Source: a virus (Duplodnaviria; Caudoviricetes). Taken from it: DNA of 64,000 nucleotides. Every line of letters starts with the position of its first letter. Positions within the stretch are counted from its first letter, which is position 1. The stretch covers positions 1 through 64,000 of the IMG/VR virus record IMGVR_UViG_3300046011_007348; one strand, 5' to 3'. A program made the translations under genes and the position numbers. Below the pieces are notes generated by a model. The model did not search any database. It had not been told where the DNA came from and saw only the letters and a program-made list of their open reading frames with translations. This document shows, piece after piece, positions 38,963-48,954 of the stretch.

Positions 38963-39702
38963 TAATAGGGGAATATTACTCTACCACTTGGGCGTATATC
39001 AGCATGGAAAAATCCTTTATTTCTTCCCATGAATACGGCATCTCCTAGTCCTGTAAAATTGGAGGACAAAAGCACTTGCCAAAGTCTTCTAAAATCACCA
39101 TTAACTGGTTGCATATCTAATGCTTTGAAATAAATATGCTGACTATTCCTAGCTCCACCAATAGATTTATTTACAGCAGGTGGGCGATAGCCGGAAGTAA
39201 TTCTAATTGGTGAGCCAAATTTATCTCTGACTTCTCCCCATGTTCTAGCTAATCTGATAGCGTTTGCCACATGCTCCGACGATATAGGAACTCTTGTGCA
39301 GTCTTTAGTAGCTTCTCCCCAAGTCAGTGGAACATTATCAACAATTAATGTATTTGCATACACTGTTTTCCCACCTGGCAGCATCATACTTGGTTGACTA
39401 TCGACTTTGTCTGTCTCATTTGCCGAGCATTCTTCTTTATCTTGAAGTTCTAATAGTTCCTTTGCAGTTGTAGCACCAAGAAATAGAGGATACTCAAGAT
39501 TTTTATCAGATTTAAAATCTATAAATGCTTGCTTGGTGTTGCTCCCGACAATGCCATCTACAGTAATTTTAAGTAAAGATTGAATTTCTTTAACTAATTC
39601 TACTGGTAATTCGGAAATATGAATTGCAGTAGAATTAGTGCTTATGAATTTCTCAAGATTTTGCATGACTGGTAAAGATAAGATCAATACCAATCTTAGC
39701 AT
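38962..39702 (-). CDS. Endolysin: PG-binding domain plus peptidase M15A
   Basis: VDGIVGSNT PG-binding motif; ITSGYRPPAVN..GGARNSQH...ALD, FFHADIR. Confidence 0.88.
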   Translation of the reverse strand: MLRLVLILSLPVMQNLEKFISTNSTAIHISELPVELVKEIQSLLKITVDGIVGSNTKQAFIDFKSDKNLEYPLFLGATTAKELLELQDKEECSANETDKVDSQPSMMLPGGKTVYANTLIVDNVPLTWGEATKDCTRVPISSEHVANAIRLARTWGEVRDKFGSPIRITSGYRPPAVNKSIGGARNSQHIYFKALDMQPVNGDFRRLWQVLLSSNFTGLGDAVFMGRNKGFFHADIRPSGRVIFPY

Positions 39703-40317
39703 TTAAACTTTGGGGCGGCCTTGTATTTTACTTGCCCAACTGATTTCATATACCGCCTTCTCTAATTGTTCAGAAGTACCGTATATGTTATTCCTACTGT
39801 CAAATGTCTTGATATATCTTACAGCAGTGTCAAAGTCGTGCTGGAATAATTGCCATGCTTGTTTTGTTCCTGCCTCTCCAAGATTTAAGTTAGTATCACA
39901 TAAATTCTTGAGTTCTATTGCTTTCGCTCTAATACCTTCTTCTAAAAGCATTATAGAAGAAATTGGATTGTACACAAAAATTTCCCATGCTAATCCATCA
40001 TTGATTAATAGATTAATGTATCTTAATGCTTTATTGCTGTCTTGATAAAATATTTTCCAGACATATTTTATAGCATTTTCTCCAACAGGAAATGCTTCAT
40101 AGACTTGCTTAATATCTAAAGCAACACTCCTGGTTTTTTCGTTAATTGCAAAAACTGATGCAGCAGGGGGAAAATATTCAAAAATCTCCCATACCAATTT
40201 GTTTTTTCTCAGCCCTTCTTTGATTATTTCAGTCTTAATCTCCTCAGAATCGTAGGAGAAGTAATACGGATCTTGTAAATTAATAGCTTCTAACAGCTTC
40301 TGTATCCCTCTAGTCAT
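39703..40317 (-). CDS. Hypothetical protein with internal duplication
   Basis: Two ~65-aa units WEIF.Y.P...GE...K..W..F..D...A.RYI. Confidence 0.6.
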   Translation of the reverse strand: MTRGIQKLLEAINLQDPYYFSYDSEEIKTEIIKEGLRKNKLVWEIFEYFPPAASVFAINEKTRSVALDIKQVYEAFPVGENAIKYVWKIFYQDSNKALRYINLLINDGLAWEIFVYNPISSIMLLEEGIRAKAIELKNLCDTNLNLGEAGTKQAWQLFQHDFDTAVRYIKTFDSRNNIYGTSEQLEKAVYEISWASKIQGRPKV

Positions 40318-40343
40318 GCGTTTATATCCAAAACAATTAGTTA

Positions 40344-40427
40344 ATAATACAGCAAAAAACACATAACGTCAATAGTTTTAGGAATAGTGATATATCTATT
40401 GACAAAGTAGCCAAAATGCTTTACTGT
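40344..40427. promoter_or_regulatory. Divergent sigma70-type promoters
   Basis: Minus TTGACG-N17-TATTAT (40372-40344); plus TTGACA-N17-TACTGT (40399-40427). Confidence 0.65.
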
Positions 40428-40452
40428 TAGAATGTGTAGCTATTTTCCATTT

Positions 40453-42174
40453 ATGCTAAGAGACTATCAACAGTCAGCAATTAACCGGATATACCAGTTA
40501 TTCAGAAACAACATAACCAGTGTTATGTTGTACGCTCCTACGGGTGCAGGCAAAACGCATATCAGCAGCAAGATTATCGCTGATTGCTTGTCTAAGAACA
40601 GGAGAATTTTATTTTTAGTCCACAGGACTAAGTTAATTGAACAGACAATATCTACTCTGGTAAAAAGCTATGGAGTGAAACTAGAGCAGATAGGCGTTAT
40701 AGCGCCTAATTACAAGTCGGATTACAAATGTCCGGTTCAGATATCCATGGTGCAAACTATCCAAAACAGACAATATCCAGAAGACATCGGATTACTAATT
40801 GTGGATGAAGCCCATACCACTGCTTATTTCAGTGTGTTTGAAAAGTTACTAAATCATTACAGTGGTGGCATTTGGACACAATCTAAATGCTTTGTACTTG
40901 GTTTATCTGCTTCACCATGGAGAACTAAAAAGAGAGAAGGTTTTTGTAGATTCTTCCAAGCGATGGTACGCGCGCCATATCCAGAAGAATTGATTAAGCA
41001 AGGACATTTATGCAGCGCTAGACATTTTGGCTGGGGTGGATTAATTGATTACTCTAAACTCGATGTTGGAGCAGCTGGAGATTTTACCCAAAACAGTTTA
41101 GAGGTTGTTTGTAATAGCGAATATAACAAAGTTATTATAGACAAATTTCTTGAGTTATGCCCCACCAGGAAGACGATAGCTTTCTGCGCTGGTGTTAAAC
41201 AATCCATAGATTTAGCTGAACAATTCAATAGTGCTGGCATTAAAGCTAGTGTTGTTACCGGTGAAACTCCGGAATTTGTCCGGAAAGACATCTACAATCA
41301 ATTTAAACGTGGAGACATCCAAGTTATTAGTAGCGTATCTGTATTGTGTGAGGGCTTTGATGAGACTAGCTGTAATGCTGCAATTATTGCCCGTCCTACT
41401 AAATCTAGAGCATTATTGGTGCAGATGTGTGGTAGAGCATTGAGATTGCATCCTGATAAACAAGATGCTTATTTATTAGACTTTGGGGATAATTTTAAAC
41501 GACTTGGATTACCTGTCTCTAAATTCCCCACACCATTGTGTCCAACGTTTAAGAAAGCAGAAGAAATGCCAGTTAAAGAATGTCCTAACTGTTCTGCAAT
41601 ACTGCCAATTTTTGCTATGATTTGTCCTGATTGTGGACACTTGTTTGTGAAAGAGGAAGAAGAAGACACTCCAGACACTTTGCCTGAGTTTGGAGAGATA
41701 TTCTCCAAAGAACAACAAGAACAAATATCTTATCTAAGAGGACAACTACTACGTGCTTACAAAGCTGAAAGAGATATTGGGAGAGTCACGTGGTTGTTCA
41801 CAGAAAGATATAATTTTTTGCCTCCACAGCATTGGTATTTAGACGCTATTTTTAGACGTGGTAGAAATGTCCATCCCACAGTCAGAAAGACAGATGAACA
41901 AGCATTACTACGTTTCTTTAAGAAGACTAAACCCACCGCTAACTCTGGTTGGTTAGGAGAACAATTTAGGCGAGAATTTGGCAAAGGATATTATGACTTT
42001 GATGCAATCAACTGGAAAGATGTTTTAGGAGTTCCTGAGCATAGTAATTACAGTTACAAAGACGTAACTGATTTGTATAGACAAAAAATAGTACAAGCCT
42101 CTCCAGAAGATGCTTCGCTCTTAAACTTCTGCCTGGAAGAGGCATTGAAAATATTGAATTCGTCAGTCTATTAA
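40453..42174 (+). CDS. SF2 DEAH helicase (YejH/RadD-like) with Zn ribbon
   Basis: LRDYQ, APTGAGKT, VDEAH, GLSASP, LCEGFD, QMCGRALR, CPNC..CPDC. Confidence 0.92.
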   Translation: MLRDYQQSAINRIYQLFRNNITSVMLYAPTGAGKTHISSKIIADCLSKNRRILFLVHRTKLIEQTISTLVKSYGVKLEQIGVIAPNYKSDYKCPVQISMVQTIQNRQYPEDIGLLIVDEAHTTAYFSVFEKLLNHYSGGIWTQSKCFVLGLSASPWRTKKREGFCRFFQAMVRAPYPEELIKQGHLCSARHFGWGGLIDYSKLDVGAAGDFTQNSLEVVCNSEYNKVIIDKFLELCPTRKTIAFCAGVKQSIDLAEQFNSAGIKASVVTGETPEFVRKDIYNQFKRGDIQVISSVSVLCEGFDETSCNAAIIARPTKSRALLVQMCGRALRLHPDKQDAYLLDFGDNFKRLGLPVSKFPTPLCPTFKKAEEMPVKECPNCSAILPIFAMICPDCGHLFVKEEEEDTPDTLPEFGEIFSKEQQEQISYLRGQLLRAYKAERDIGRVTWLFTERYNFLPPQHWYLDAIFRRGRNVHPTVRKTDEQALLRFFKKTKPTANSGWLGEQFRREFGKGYYDFDAINWKDVLGVPEHSNYSYKDVTDLYRQKIVQASPEDASLLNFCLEEALKILNSSVY

Positions 42175-42335
42175 CATTTCTCCCAAAGTATGTTTGCTTT
42201 AAGCAGATTCACAGCTTGCAATTTACTTAATGCAGTAGTAACGACTGCAGGAGGATAAGTTGAAAATTGTTTAAGAATCTCGCCGTAATTGCGAGGTTCA
42301 TTACAAAATTTGACTAGCTCTTGTTCTAAATCCAT
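42171..42335 (-). CDS. Small hypothetical protein (54 aa, possible wHTH; not in ORF track)
   Basis: MDLEQELVKFCNEPRNYGEILKQFSTYPPAVVTTALSKLQAVNLLKANILWEKC with its own consensus promoter. Confidence 0.55.
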   Translation of the reverse strand: MDLEQELVKFCNEPRNYGEILKQFSTYPPAVVTTALSKLQAVNLLKANILWEKC

Positions 42336-42361
42336 AACAATGGTAAAAATGGTACTCTAAA

Positions 42362-42389
42362 ATTATACTATAATCCATTGACATGTCAA
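42362..42389 (-). promoter_or_regulatory. Consensus sigma70 promoter; -35 lies in palindrome TTGACATGTCAA
   Basis: Minus strand TTGACA-N16-TATAAT. Confidence 0.7.
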
Positions 42390-42410
42390 ATTTAAAATTT
42401 ATTTAAAGCA

Positions 42411-42436
42411 AAGCCTGTGTTGATTGGCACAGGCTT
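42411..42436 (-). terminator. Hairpin terminator after tail-tip operon
   Basis: AAGCCTGTG-N8-CACAGGCTT. Confidence 0.6.
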
Positions 42437-42439
42437 AAA

Positions 42440-42820
42440 TTATTTAACATCATAGACTAAAAAGTTAGAACTCCATTCCAAAATGGATAGCAACATCTTT
42501 TGAAAAAAAATTATAAATAATGATTTGACTTTTACTACTGACTTAAAGATATTGATTTTAATGTTCCTGATTTCAAAAGTAACTGCATGAGATGCATCAT
42601 CAACTGAAACCAAGACAATTGATTTGATTTTAGATGGTTCAAATTTATCTGTCTGCATGTTATTAGAGCGTAAAAAAGCAATAAATCTAGGATAATGTTC
42701 AGTTATCAATATCCAGATATCGTCTTGACAAGATATAAATAAATCATATCCTTCTTCACTTTGAAAACCTGAGATTGAGCAATATTCAAGTATTTCTTTG
42801 ATAGGATTAAGATTATTCAT
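42440..42820 (-). CDS. Hypothetical protein
   Basis: ATGA-coupled to gpK-like gene. Confidence 0.5.
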   Translation of the reverse strand: MNNLNPIKEILEYCSISGFQSEEGYDLFISCQDDIWILITEHYPRFIAFLRSNNMQTDKFEPSKIKSIVLVSVDDASHAVTFEIRNIKINIFKSVVKVKSLFIIFFQKMLLSILEWSSNFLVYDVK

Positions 42821-43587
42821 TCAAAACTCCTGTGTCTGCATATATATCGTGTTGCATGTTTCCAGTAAGTGCCACCATAAACAAACAATTCGCTAGTTCT
42901 TTCACCTCCTAGATTATGTAAACCAGTGTTATTGTCATCAATTATTATGCTTACATGGTGAGGTTGTATGTTGTTTAAGCTCATAACAATGACATCATTT
43001 TTTTGATGTAATTCTCCAAATTCTAACTTACGGAAATTAGCTTTTTGGAAATTCTCTTCTATTAGATTCCAAGAAGAAGATGTTGTTTCTTGCAAAGAAA
43101 ACCCACGGGGAAAATCAGGTAAAGATATATCTAACATTCCTTTATAATAAGCTCTAAGCAAGCTAAAGCAGTCAGTCCTATTGTAAACAAATGGCCACTT
43201 TAAATAATAGTTGACTTCTTTAGGGGAACCGTCAATGAACAAAGGAAATGGATTAGCTAAATTTGCTGGATCAAACAAGTCCCAGGATTCAAAAGCAGAA
43301 TGGTACAGAATATATTTTATCTTACTGGATTTTGCATTACAAATATCTGGCGGGCTTAGATATTCGCTTTGTTCTGTCTTCCAGTGAGTGTGGTAAACAC
43401 CTTGGATGTCATTGTATCCAACTATTAAATCTAGTTCGTCCGGTTCAATAACAAATGCTTCATGCTTGTTCTCAGCAGCATTTGTACATCTATACGGCAC
43501 GTCTTCCACAATGACACCGCAAACTTCTTGTTCTGGAAACTCCTTTGCGTGTTCAATTATATGCTCTTTTATGTAAGCAGATATCAT
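42817..43587 (-). CDS. Tail tip assembly protein K-like (MPN/JAB + NlpC/P60)
   Basis: PEQEVCGVI, YHTHW..S..D; DCFSLLRAYY, PHHVSI, LH. Confidence 0.88.
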   Translation of the reverse strand: MISAYIKEHIIEHAKEFPEQEVCGVIVEDVPYRCTNAAENKHEAFVIEPDELDLIVGYNDIQGVYHTHWKTEQSEYLSPPDICNAKSSKIKYILYHSAFESWDLFDPANLANPFPLFIDGSPKEVNYYLKWPFVYNRTDCFSLLRAYYKGMLDISLPDFPRGFSLQETTSSSWNLIEENFQKANFRKLEFGELHQKNDVIVMSLNNIQPHHVSIIIDDNNTGLHNLGGERTSELFVYGGTYWKHATRYICRHRSFE

Positions 43588-43958
43588 ACTCTTGGTGGGT
43601 AAACTTTAGAAATTATGCTGGCGTTAGATCTTACTTGAGTACTTGTTATTTTAGTAGAGATTGTGTATTGATTTTCTCCAACTGTGGTTACAGTCCATTC
43701 ATCACAAACACACTCTTTAAGATCTTCTCCTGTAGGACTCCATTCAAAAGAAGATAAAGAGTACTGTCGTAAATCAGCTAAAATAACATCTAATTCAGGC
43801 TTGCTATACACTGGACTGCGCACATCCCATTCACAATATGGTGATATGCCCTGCGTTAAGATTTGGCTGTAATTATCCCCTAATCTTGTTTTAATAGTTG
43901 GGATAATTGTGTTTTTAGATAACTGCCACAATGGCGATAATTCCAGCACTAAACTCAT
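43584..43958 (-). CDS. Minor tail protein M-like (distal tail), copy 1
   Basis: LGDNYSQ..QGI, SFEWSP, CDEW. Confidence 0.75.
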   Translation of the reverse strand: MSLVLELSPLWQLSKNTIIPTIKTRLGDNYSQILTQGISPYCEWDVRSPVYSKPELDVILADLRQYSLSSFEWSPTGEDLKECVCDEWTVTTVGENQYTISTKITSTQVRSNASIISKVYPPRV

Positions 43959-44473
43959 AAGACAAAATATCCGATTGTGTAATTAAACGCAGAAGCAGCA
44001 CTTGAGACAATATTCAAAGCAGTGTTAGCTGTTAGCTTAAATTCTCTATTTGCTGCAAGACTTATATCTTTGACAGAACCTTGAGAGGACAAATAAAAGC
44101 GAATTCTGTCTGTAGATCCATCTCGAATAGTAATAGTCTGAGCGGTAGTACCTTCTAATTCAACTCTAATGAAAGACACATAAATACTTACTCCCGCTCC
44201 TGGCGCTGCTATTGCTGCTGTGGTAGTAGCAGTACTTGCAGTACCAGTTACAAATAGCATTGTTGGCGATACATTAGTTTTTACTAGTAATCTTTTTGCT
44301 AAAGAGATTAAACTTGCTGATGCAGTGTCTGATGTAGCAGCAGTGTCATCTTTAGTCCCAATAGCTGTTGATTCAAATTGCATCACATCTGGATTATTGG
44401 CAGTCCCAGCCCCTGAAGTTGTAGCTCTTTCCCGTAGTTGTCCGGCTCCGTCGATATATTTAACGCTTGGCAT
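43955..44473 (-). CDS. Putative tail structural protein
   Basis: Ala/Thr-rich; AAPGAG.SIYV..TANTALN jelly-roll-like C-terminus. Confidence 0.5.
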   Translation of the reverse strand: MPSVKYIDGAGQLRERATTSGAGTANNPDVMQFESTAIGTKDDTAATSDTASASLISLAKRLLVKTNVSPTMLFVTGTASTATTTAAIAAPGAGVSIYVSFIRVELEGTTAQTITIRDGSTDRIRFYLSSQGSVKDISLAANREFKLTANTALNIVSSAASAFNYTIGYFVL

Positions 44474-44474
44474 A

Positions 44475-44948
44475 TTAAAAATCTAAAGCAATGAATGAGT
44501 TTATTTTAGCACTTAACTTTAAGCTGTACGTTGTGTAATCCACAATAATAAATGACTCAGCCCAATCAGATGGATTTGTGTTGCTAAAAAATGTTGCCTT
44601 GACTCTTGCATAATAAGTAGTCTTAGGCATATTTGAAAACATGGCAAATGTCTCTATTGTGTTTTGAGCCATTTCCCATGCTCCTGTCAATCCTTTCTTA
44701 ATCTCTACAACATATCCAATTGTCCATGGAGAATTTTGCAAAGAACCATTGATTGTCTGTTGAGGTGGAAGCCAAGAAACATAAATATCAAAAAAGTTTG
44801 CTCCTTCCGTGATTGGAATACCATCAGCTGATAGTTTACCAATTGGATTAGTTGATACTGTAACTTCTCTTGGAACTACATTAACGTTGGGAGCATTAGA
44901 AGACACTCGTTGAGGCAACGAATCAAAAGCCCATTGTACTGGTGTCAT
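44475..44948 (-). CDS. Fibronectin-III domain tail protein (separated C-terminal part of gpJ)
   Basis: VSWLPP..GYVVE..W..YYARVKA..PSDW; ATGA overlap with gpJ stop. Confidence 0.65.
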   Translation of the reverse strand: MTPVQWAFDSLPQRVSSNAPNVNVVPREVTVSTNPIGKLSADGIPITEGANFFDIYVSWLPPQQTINGSLQNSPWTIGYVVEIKKGLTGAWEMAQNTIETFAMFSNMPKTTYYARVKATFFSNTNPSDWAESFIIVDYTTYSLKLSAKINSFIALDF

Positions 44949-46879
44949 ATTGTTGACATACTATCAATAAAACTATATTTAGTACTATCATATTCTGATG
45001 CAGTAATTTCATGCATACCTTCAATCGTTTCTGAAACAGGCACTCTATTTATTACTCGATATTGTTTAGGAACAACAGAATTGCCGGATAATATCCAGTT
45101 AGATTCAGGTGGTGGTGCTGCACTAAAAGCAGAAGTTACTGTGACAACTGAAGTTGTATTAGCAGTGTTTTGTATTGTTTTTTGTTGCCAAGTACCATCA
45201 CTCAAAGTAACACTAATTTGATATGTTTGCCCTACCACTAACGTCACTGGACTATCTAGATTAATTGTGGTTGTAGTAGCTGAAATAATTAATCCTCCAG
45301 CACGCATTTCTAATCGTTCAGAGTCAGATACAGCAATAATATCTCCTGGTTTTATAAAAGCTGCATAAGCTCTAGCTTTAAATGTTACTGTCTCTTGTTC
45401 TAATCTATCAGAAATTAAAGCTGCCACTCCTGCTCGTCTTGCTTGTCCTCTGCTAGTGCATGCAATAGCTTCTAATTCTAATTCTTTAATTCCCCATTTT
45501 TGTATAGCAATTGGATCTTCTACCATCTCAACTGTTTTGCGGTAAAAATCAGCTGGATTTAGCCAACTTACTAATGCTACAGTTTTTTTGGATTTTAGCC
45601 CAACTCTGCTATATATAAAAACCCCATCTTCAACATCTGCTTGCGTAAATTGGTATTTAATAGCATCTGGTTTATCTGCAATAAATGTTATTGTTCCAGC
45701 CTGCCAATAAGCAAATCCTCTAAATATTGATATTAAAGATTCCAGTACTTGATATGCTTCTGTTTTAGATTGTAAGACAATATTACATTGAAATCTTGGC
45801 TCATAAATTGGGCTACCATTTGTGCTATATCCGCTTGGAACTAATTCATTACAGTATTTACTAATTTCGTATAATCCCCATTTATCTATTTGTTTAGTAT
45901 CAATATACTTGCCAAGTCCATATCTAGTATTTGTAATTAAATCATATAAAATCCATGCTGGATCTGAAACAGCTACGTTTGGCGTTTGGAAAACTCCATT
46001 CCAAACACCTTCGTAAAGAATACGTCTATTCAATCCATCTATTATGGCATTACTTGGAACTTGTACTAATCTCCCAAAAACTTCAAATAAGACATTTGGG
46101 ACTGAGCTAAACCCAGATGTGTCAAATGAAAAAGCTGTTAAAGCTGTATTTGGATAATTTAATTTTTTGTTTGTAATTTTTGCGTAAGAAACAAACGACA
46201 TACTGCGTTGATATCCAGTCTTTTCAGTTTCTGCATTATCTAAAGTAAGTTTGATAACTTTAATAGATAAATTACCCAACCCAGTAACTGGAGGAAATCT
46301 AAATCTATAATCAAATTCTGTTGGGCTTGAATAACGCCCAGAAACTACATTGTAATAAGTAAATAATGTTTCATAAGCATTATTTACTTCTCGTTGTATA
46401 ATAATTTGAAATTCTATATTAGTTGTTTCAATATTACCATTATCTGGATTCTGTCTTTGCATTTGAAAAGACAATTTTACTTTAACTTCATCAGGAATAC
46501 CACCTTGAATTTGTTGAGTAACACCAAGATTATTTCCTTCTCCATTCCATTCTACTGCTGCATTTACAGATATTTCGTTTGAAATAGTATCTCCAAATCC
46601 AAATAATTCAATTGGTGGTTGAATTTGAGTTCCTGCACGATAGTCAAATTGAACATTCTTGAAATTATCACTATTATCTTCATTTTTGACTGGAGTTTCA
46701 TCTAGATAAACTCTAGTCAATGGATTTGTCCCAAAACCTTGTATTGGGCCTTCTGAGATTGCTCCTAAAATGTAAGCAATCGAAGTACTTGTCCCTGTCA
46801 CTCTAGCAACATTAGGAGTTCCTCTTCCTCCTTTACCGCCGCCACTTCCTTGGATTTTTTTATGTTTTTTGTGTTTCAT
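44945..46879 (-). CDS. Tail tip / host specificity protein J-like
   Basis: GSGGGKGG, ISEGPIQG, YLDETPV, YPNTAL, SDPAWILYDL.TN.RYGLG, CTSRGQARRAG. Confidence 0.92.
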   Translation of the reverse strand: MKHKKHKKIQGSGGGKGGRGTPNVARVTGTSTSIAYILGAISEGPIQGFGTNPLTRVYLDETPVKNEDNSDNFKNVQFDYRAGTQIQPPIELFGFGDTISNEISVNAAVEWNGEGNNLGVTQQIQGGIPDEVKVKLSFQMQRQNPDNGNIETTNIEFQIIIQREVNNAYETLFTYYNVVSGRYSSPTEFDYRFRFPPVTGLGNLSIKVIKLTLDNAETEKTGYQRSMSFVSYAKITNKKLNYPNTALTAFSFDTSGFSSVPNVLFEVFGRLVQVPSNAIIDGLNRRILYEGVWNGVFQTPNVAVSDPAWILYDLITNTRYGLGKYIDTKQIDKWGLYEISKYCNELVPSGYSTNGSPIYEPRFQCNIVLQSKTEAYQVLESLISIFRGFAYWQAGTITFIADKPDAIKYQFTQADVEDGVFIYSRVGLKSKKTVALVSWLNPADFYRKTVEMVEDPIAIQKWGIKELELEAIACTSRGQARRAGVAALISDRLEQETVTFKARAYAAFIKPGDIIAVSDSERLEMRAGGLIISATTTTINLDSPVTLVVGQTYQISVTLSDGTWQQKTIQNTANTTSVVTVTSAFSAAPPPESNWILSGNSVVPKQYRVINRVPVSETIEGMHEITASEYDSTKYSFIDSMSTI

Positions 46880-46881
46880 GG

Positions 46882-47898
46882 TTAAGAACCACCATGCTCA
46901 TATTCTGAAGCACCATACTCATATCCTACATTCCAATGTATTTCTAGTTTTTGAGAATAATCGTAATTTTGAGATAATCCAGATGTTACTGCTCTAACAC
47001 GAATTGTCCAAGGGTTGACATTTGTATTGATATAAAAAGAACTGCACACAACAAAACCAGCCCCATCGTCTAAAGAGCAATTATATCCAGTTGAATATAG
47101 ATCCTCTGTCAAAAATCCTTGTGGGTTAAAAATTAATTTATTTCCAGATATTATAAACCGAGAATTATAAGTATCTCCATCCCCTTGCACTAAAGAGAAA
47201 GTAACAGGAGAGTTATTTGGATCTCCCAAGAATTGAAGAGTAGCAAGTTCACTATTTGCTTGGTATGAATCAGGATCAAATGAAGTTTGATTTTGAAATC
47301 TTATCTGAAGTGGATTACCACTAATTGAACTATCCACTCTACTTGAAATAACATACATACCTGTTTGTATTCTTCCGTATACAACAGGCATTCTACCGCC
47401 TTCTTGTGTGTTGTTAGGCAATCCTCCTATCGTTTTACTCGTTGGCTCCTCTTCCGGCTTGGCTGGCTTAAATAAAGAGCTAATACCAGCAAGTAGTAAA
47501 ATACTTCCTAATAAAATTGTGGTGCTAGATGTAAGTAGTGGAGTTCCCCAAATAGTTATTCCACCTGGAACCCAAATAGCTAAAGCAAACATTGCAGCAG
47601 CGCCGAGCCACATCCACCAATTATCTCCGCTACCAGCAAGCACAGGGACAATTCTAATGTTACGTACTTTCTTAGATATTGGGCAGCTAAGCTTGTCAAT
47701 TTTATCGTTAGTTATGTTTTCATGTCCAACAACTATGCGATATCTTACGCCACGATTTTCAGCATCTTGTAAATAACTTAAAAAATTGCTAAAATTAGCT
47801 TTTAAAGCACGAAGTACTTCAGCAACTGATTCTACCGCTAAATCAAGTTTGCTTGTAAATAAATCGCCTAATTCACCTTCTAGGAAGACAGAGATCAT
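46882..47898 (-). CDS. Tail assembly protein I-like with C-terminal cadherin-like extension
   Basis: L.GELG..F, IRIVPVLAGSG, EGGRMPVVYGR; FSLVQGDGDTYNSRFII..IRVR. Confidence 0.85.
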   Translation of the reverse strand: MISVFLEGELGDLFTSKLDLAVESVAEVLRALKANFSNFLSYLQDAENRGVRYRIVVGHENITNDKIDKLSCPISKKVRNIRIVPVLAGSGDNWWMWLGAAAMFALAIWVPGGITIWGTPLLTSSTTILLGSILLLAGISSLFKPAKPEEEPTSKTIGGLPNNTQEGGRMPVVYGRIQTGMYVISSRVDSSISGNPLQIRFQNQTSFDPDSYQANSELATLQFLGDPNNSPVTFSLVQGDGDTYNSRFIISGNKLIFNPQGFLTEDLYSTGYNCSLDDGAGFVVCSSFYINTNVNPWTIRVRAVTSGLSQNYDYSQKLEIHWNVGYEYGASEYEHGGS

Positions 47899-48226
47899 GA
47901 GTTATCCTATTATTCCTTTGGTTCCAAATTGGGACAGCACAAAGTCAGAGCAATCAAATATTATTGTAACTAAATACCAGCCTAACACAATTGAGGCAAG
48001 ATCATCAAGAACTAAAATCAATACCACAAATGTTACTTTCTCTGTGTCTGTTAATATAACTAATGGAACTGCTGTAGACACATTCTTGAGAGAACGTAAT
48101 GGCAAAGCATTTAGAGTGGAAAATGACACTATGCTTTACTCTTGTACAGAATGGACTATACAAGCATTGGGAGAAGGTATTGATTTATTCTCAGCTACAT
48201 TTGAACAAGTTAGGAGATTTTTATGA
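47897..48226 (+). CDS. Minor tail protein M-like, copy 2
   Basis: VDTFLRERNGKAF..CTEW..FSATFEQV; ATG 47897. Confidence 0.75.
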   Translation: MSYPIIPLVPNWDSTKSEQSNIIVTKYQPNTIEARSSRTKINTTNVTFSVSVNITNGTAVDTFLRERNGKAFRVENDTMLYSCTEWTIQALGEGIDLFSATFEQVRRFL

Positions 48227-48954
48227 TTCCAAATTTATTAAGTTTGAATCCAGATTCATTTATAGAATTATATGAAATATATAAATACAGAGTGGAAGAT
48301 ATAAATAAAGATGAAGCTGCACAAAATCCTAACGTGCCATCAACAATGATTGAAACAATTAGGATTGGTAGTATAGCTATTGATGAAAACACACCATGGG
48401 TTGTCTTTGAAGGCAAAACTTATTATGCAGTTGGATGCCAAGGAGAAGGATTTGATTTAATCGGACGTGGTACTATTCCTACTCCAACATTAACTGTATC
48501 TAACGTTGGTGGTATTTTAACTAAATGGCTAAAAGACAGTAGAGATCCAGCATACAGACTGGAAGGCACACACGTCAAAAGGCGCGTGACTCAAAAAAGA
48601 TTTTTAGATGGACAAGTAGATGCTAATGCTGGGGTAAAAGAACTGCCAATACAAATTTATGTTATTGAACAGCTAGTAGAAGAGAACTATACTAACGCAA
48701 AATTCAGACTTGGATCTGCCTTTGACGTTGAGGGAATAACATTGCCAGCTAGAGTAATGGTGCGTAGCTGCACTTGGGTATATCGTAGTCCAGAATGCAG
48801 TTACGCTAATCCTGCAAAATTTACAATAAATAATGAGCCAACCCAAAATGCAAGTGAAGATTTCTGTGCAAAAACTATTGCAGCTTGTGAAACAAGATTT
48901 GGTGCAGGCAGTATATTACCATTTGGTGGATTCCCAGGATTAAATACTTACTAA
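48223..48954 (+). CDS. Minor tail protein L-like
   Basis: IELYE, PTPTLTVSN, T..RFLD, CTWVYRSPECSY, C.K...C..RF, LPFGGFPG. Confidence 0.92.
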   Translation: MIPNLLSLNPDSFIELYEIYKYRVEDINKDEAAQNPNVPSTMIETIRIGSIAIDENTPWVVFEGKTYYAVGCQGEGFDLIGRGTIPTPTLTVSNVGGILTKWLKDSRDPAYRLEGTHVKRRVTQKRFLDGQVDANAGVKELPIQIYVIEQLVEENYTNAKFRLGSAFDVEGITLPARVMVRSCTWVYRSPECSYANPAKFTINNEPTQNASEDFCAKTIAACETRFGAGSILPFGGFPGLNTY

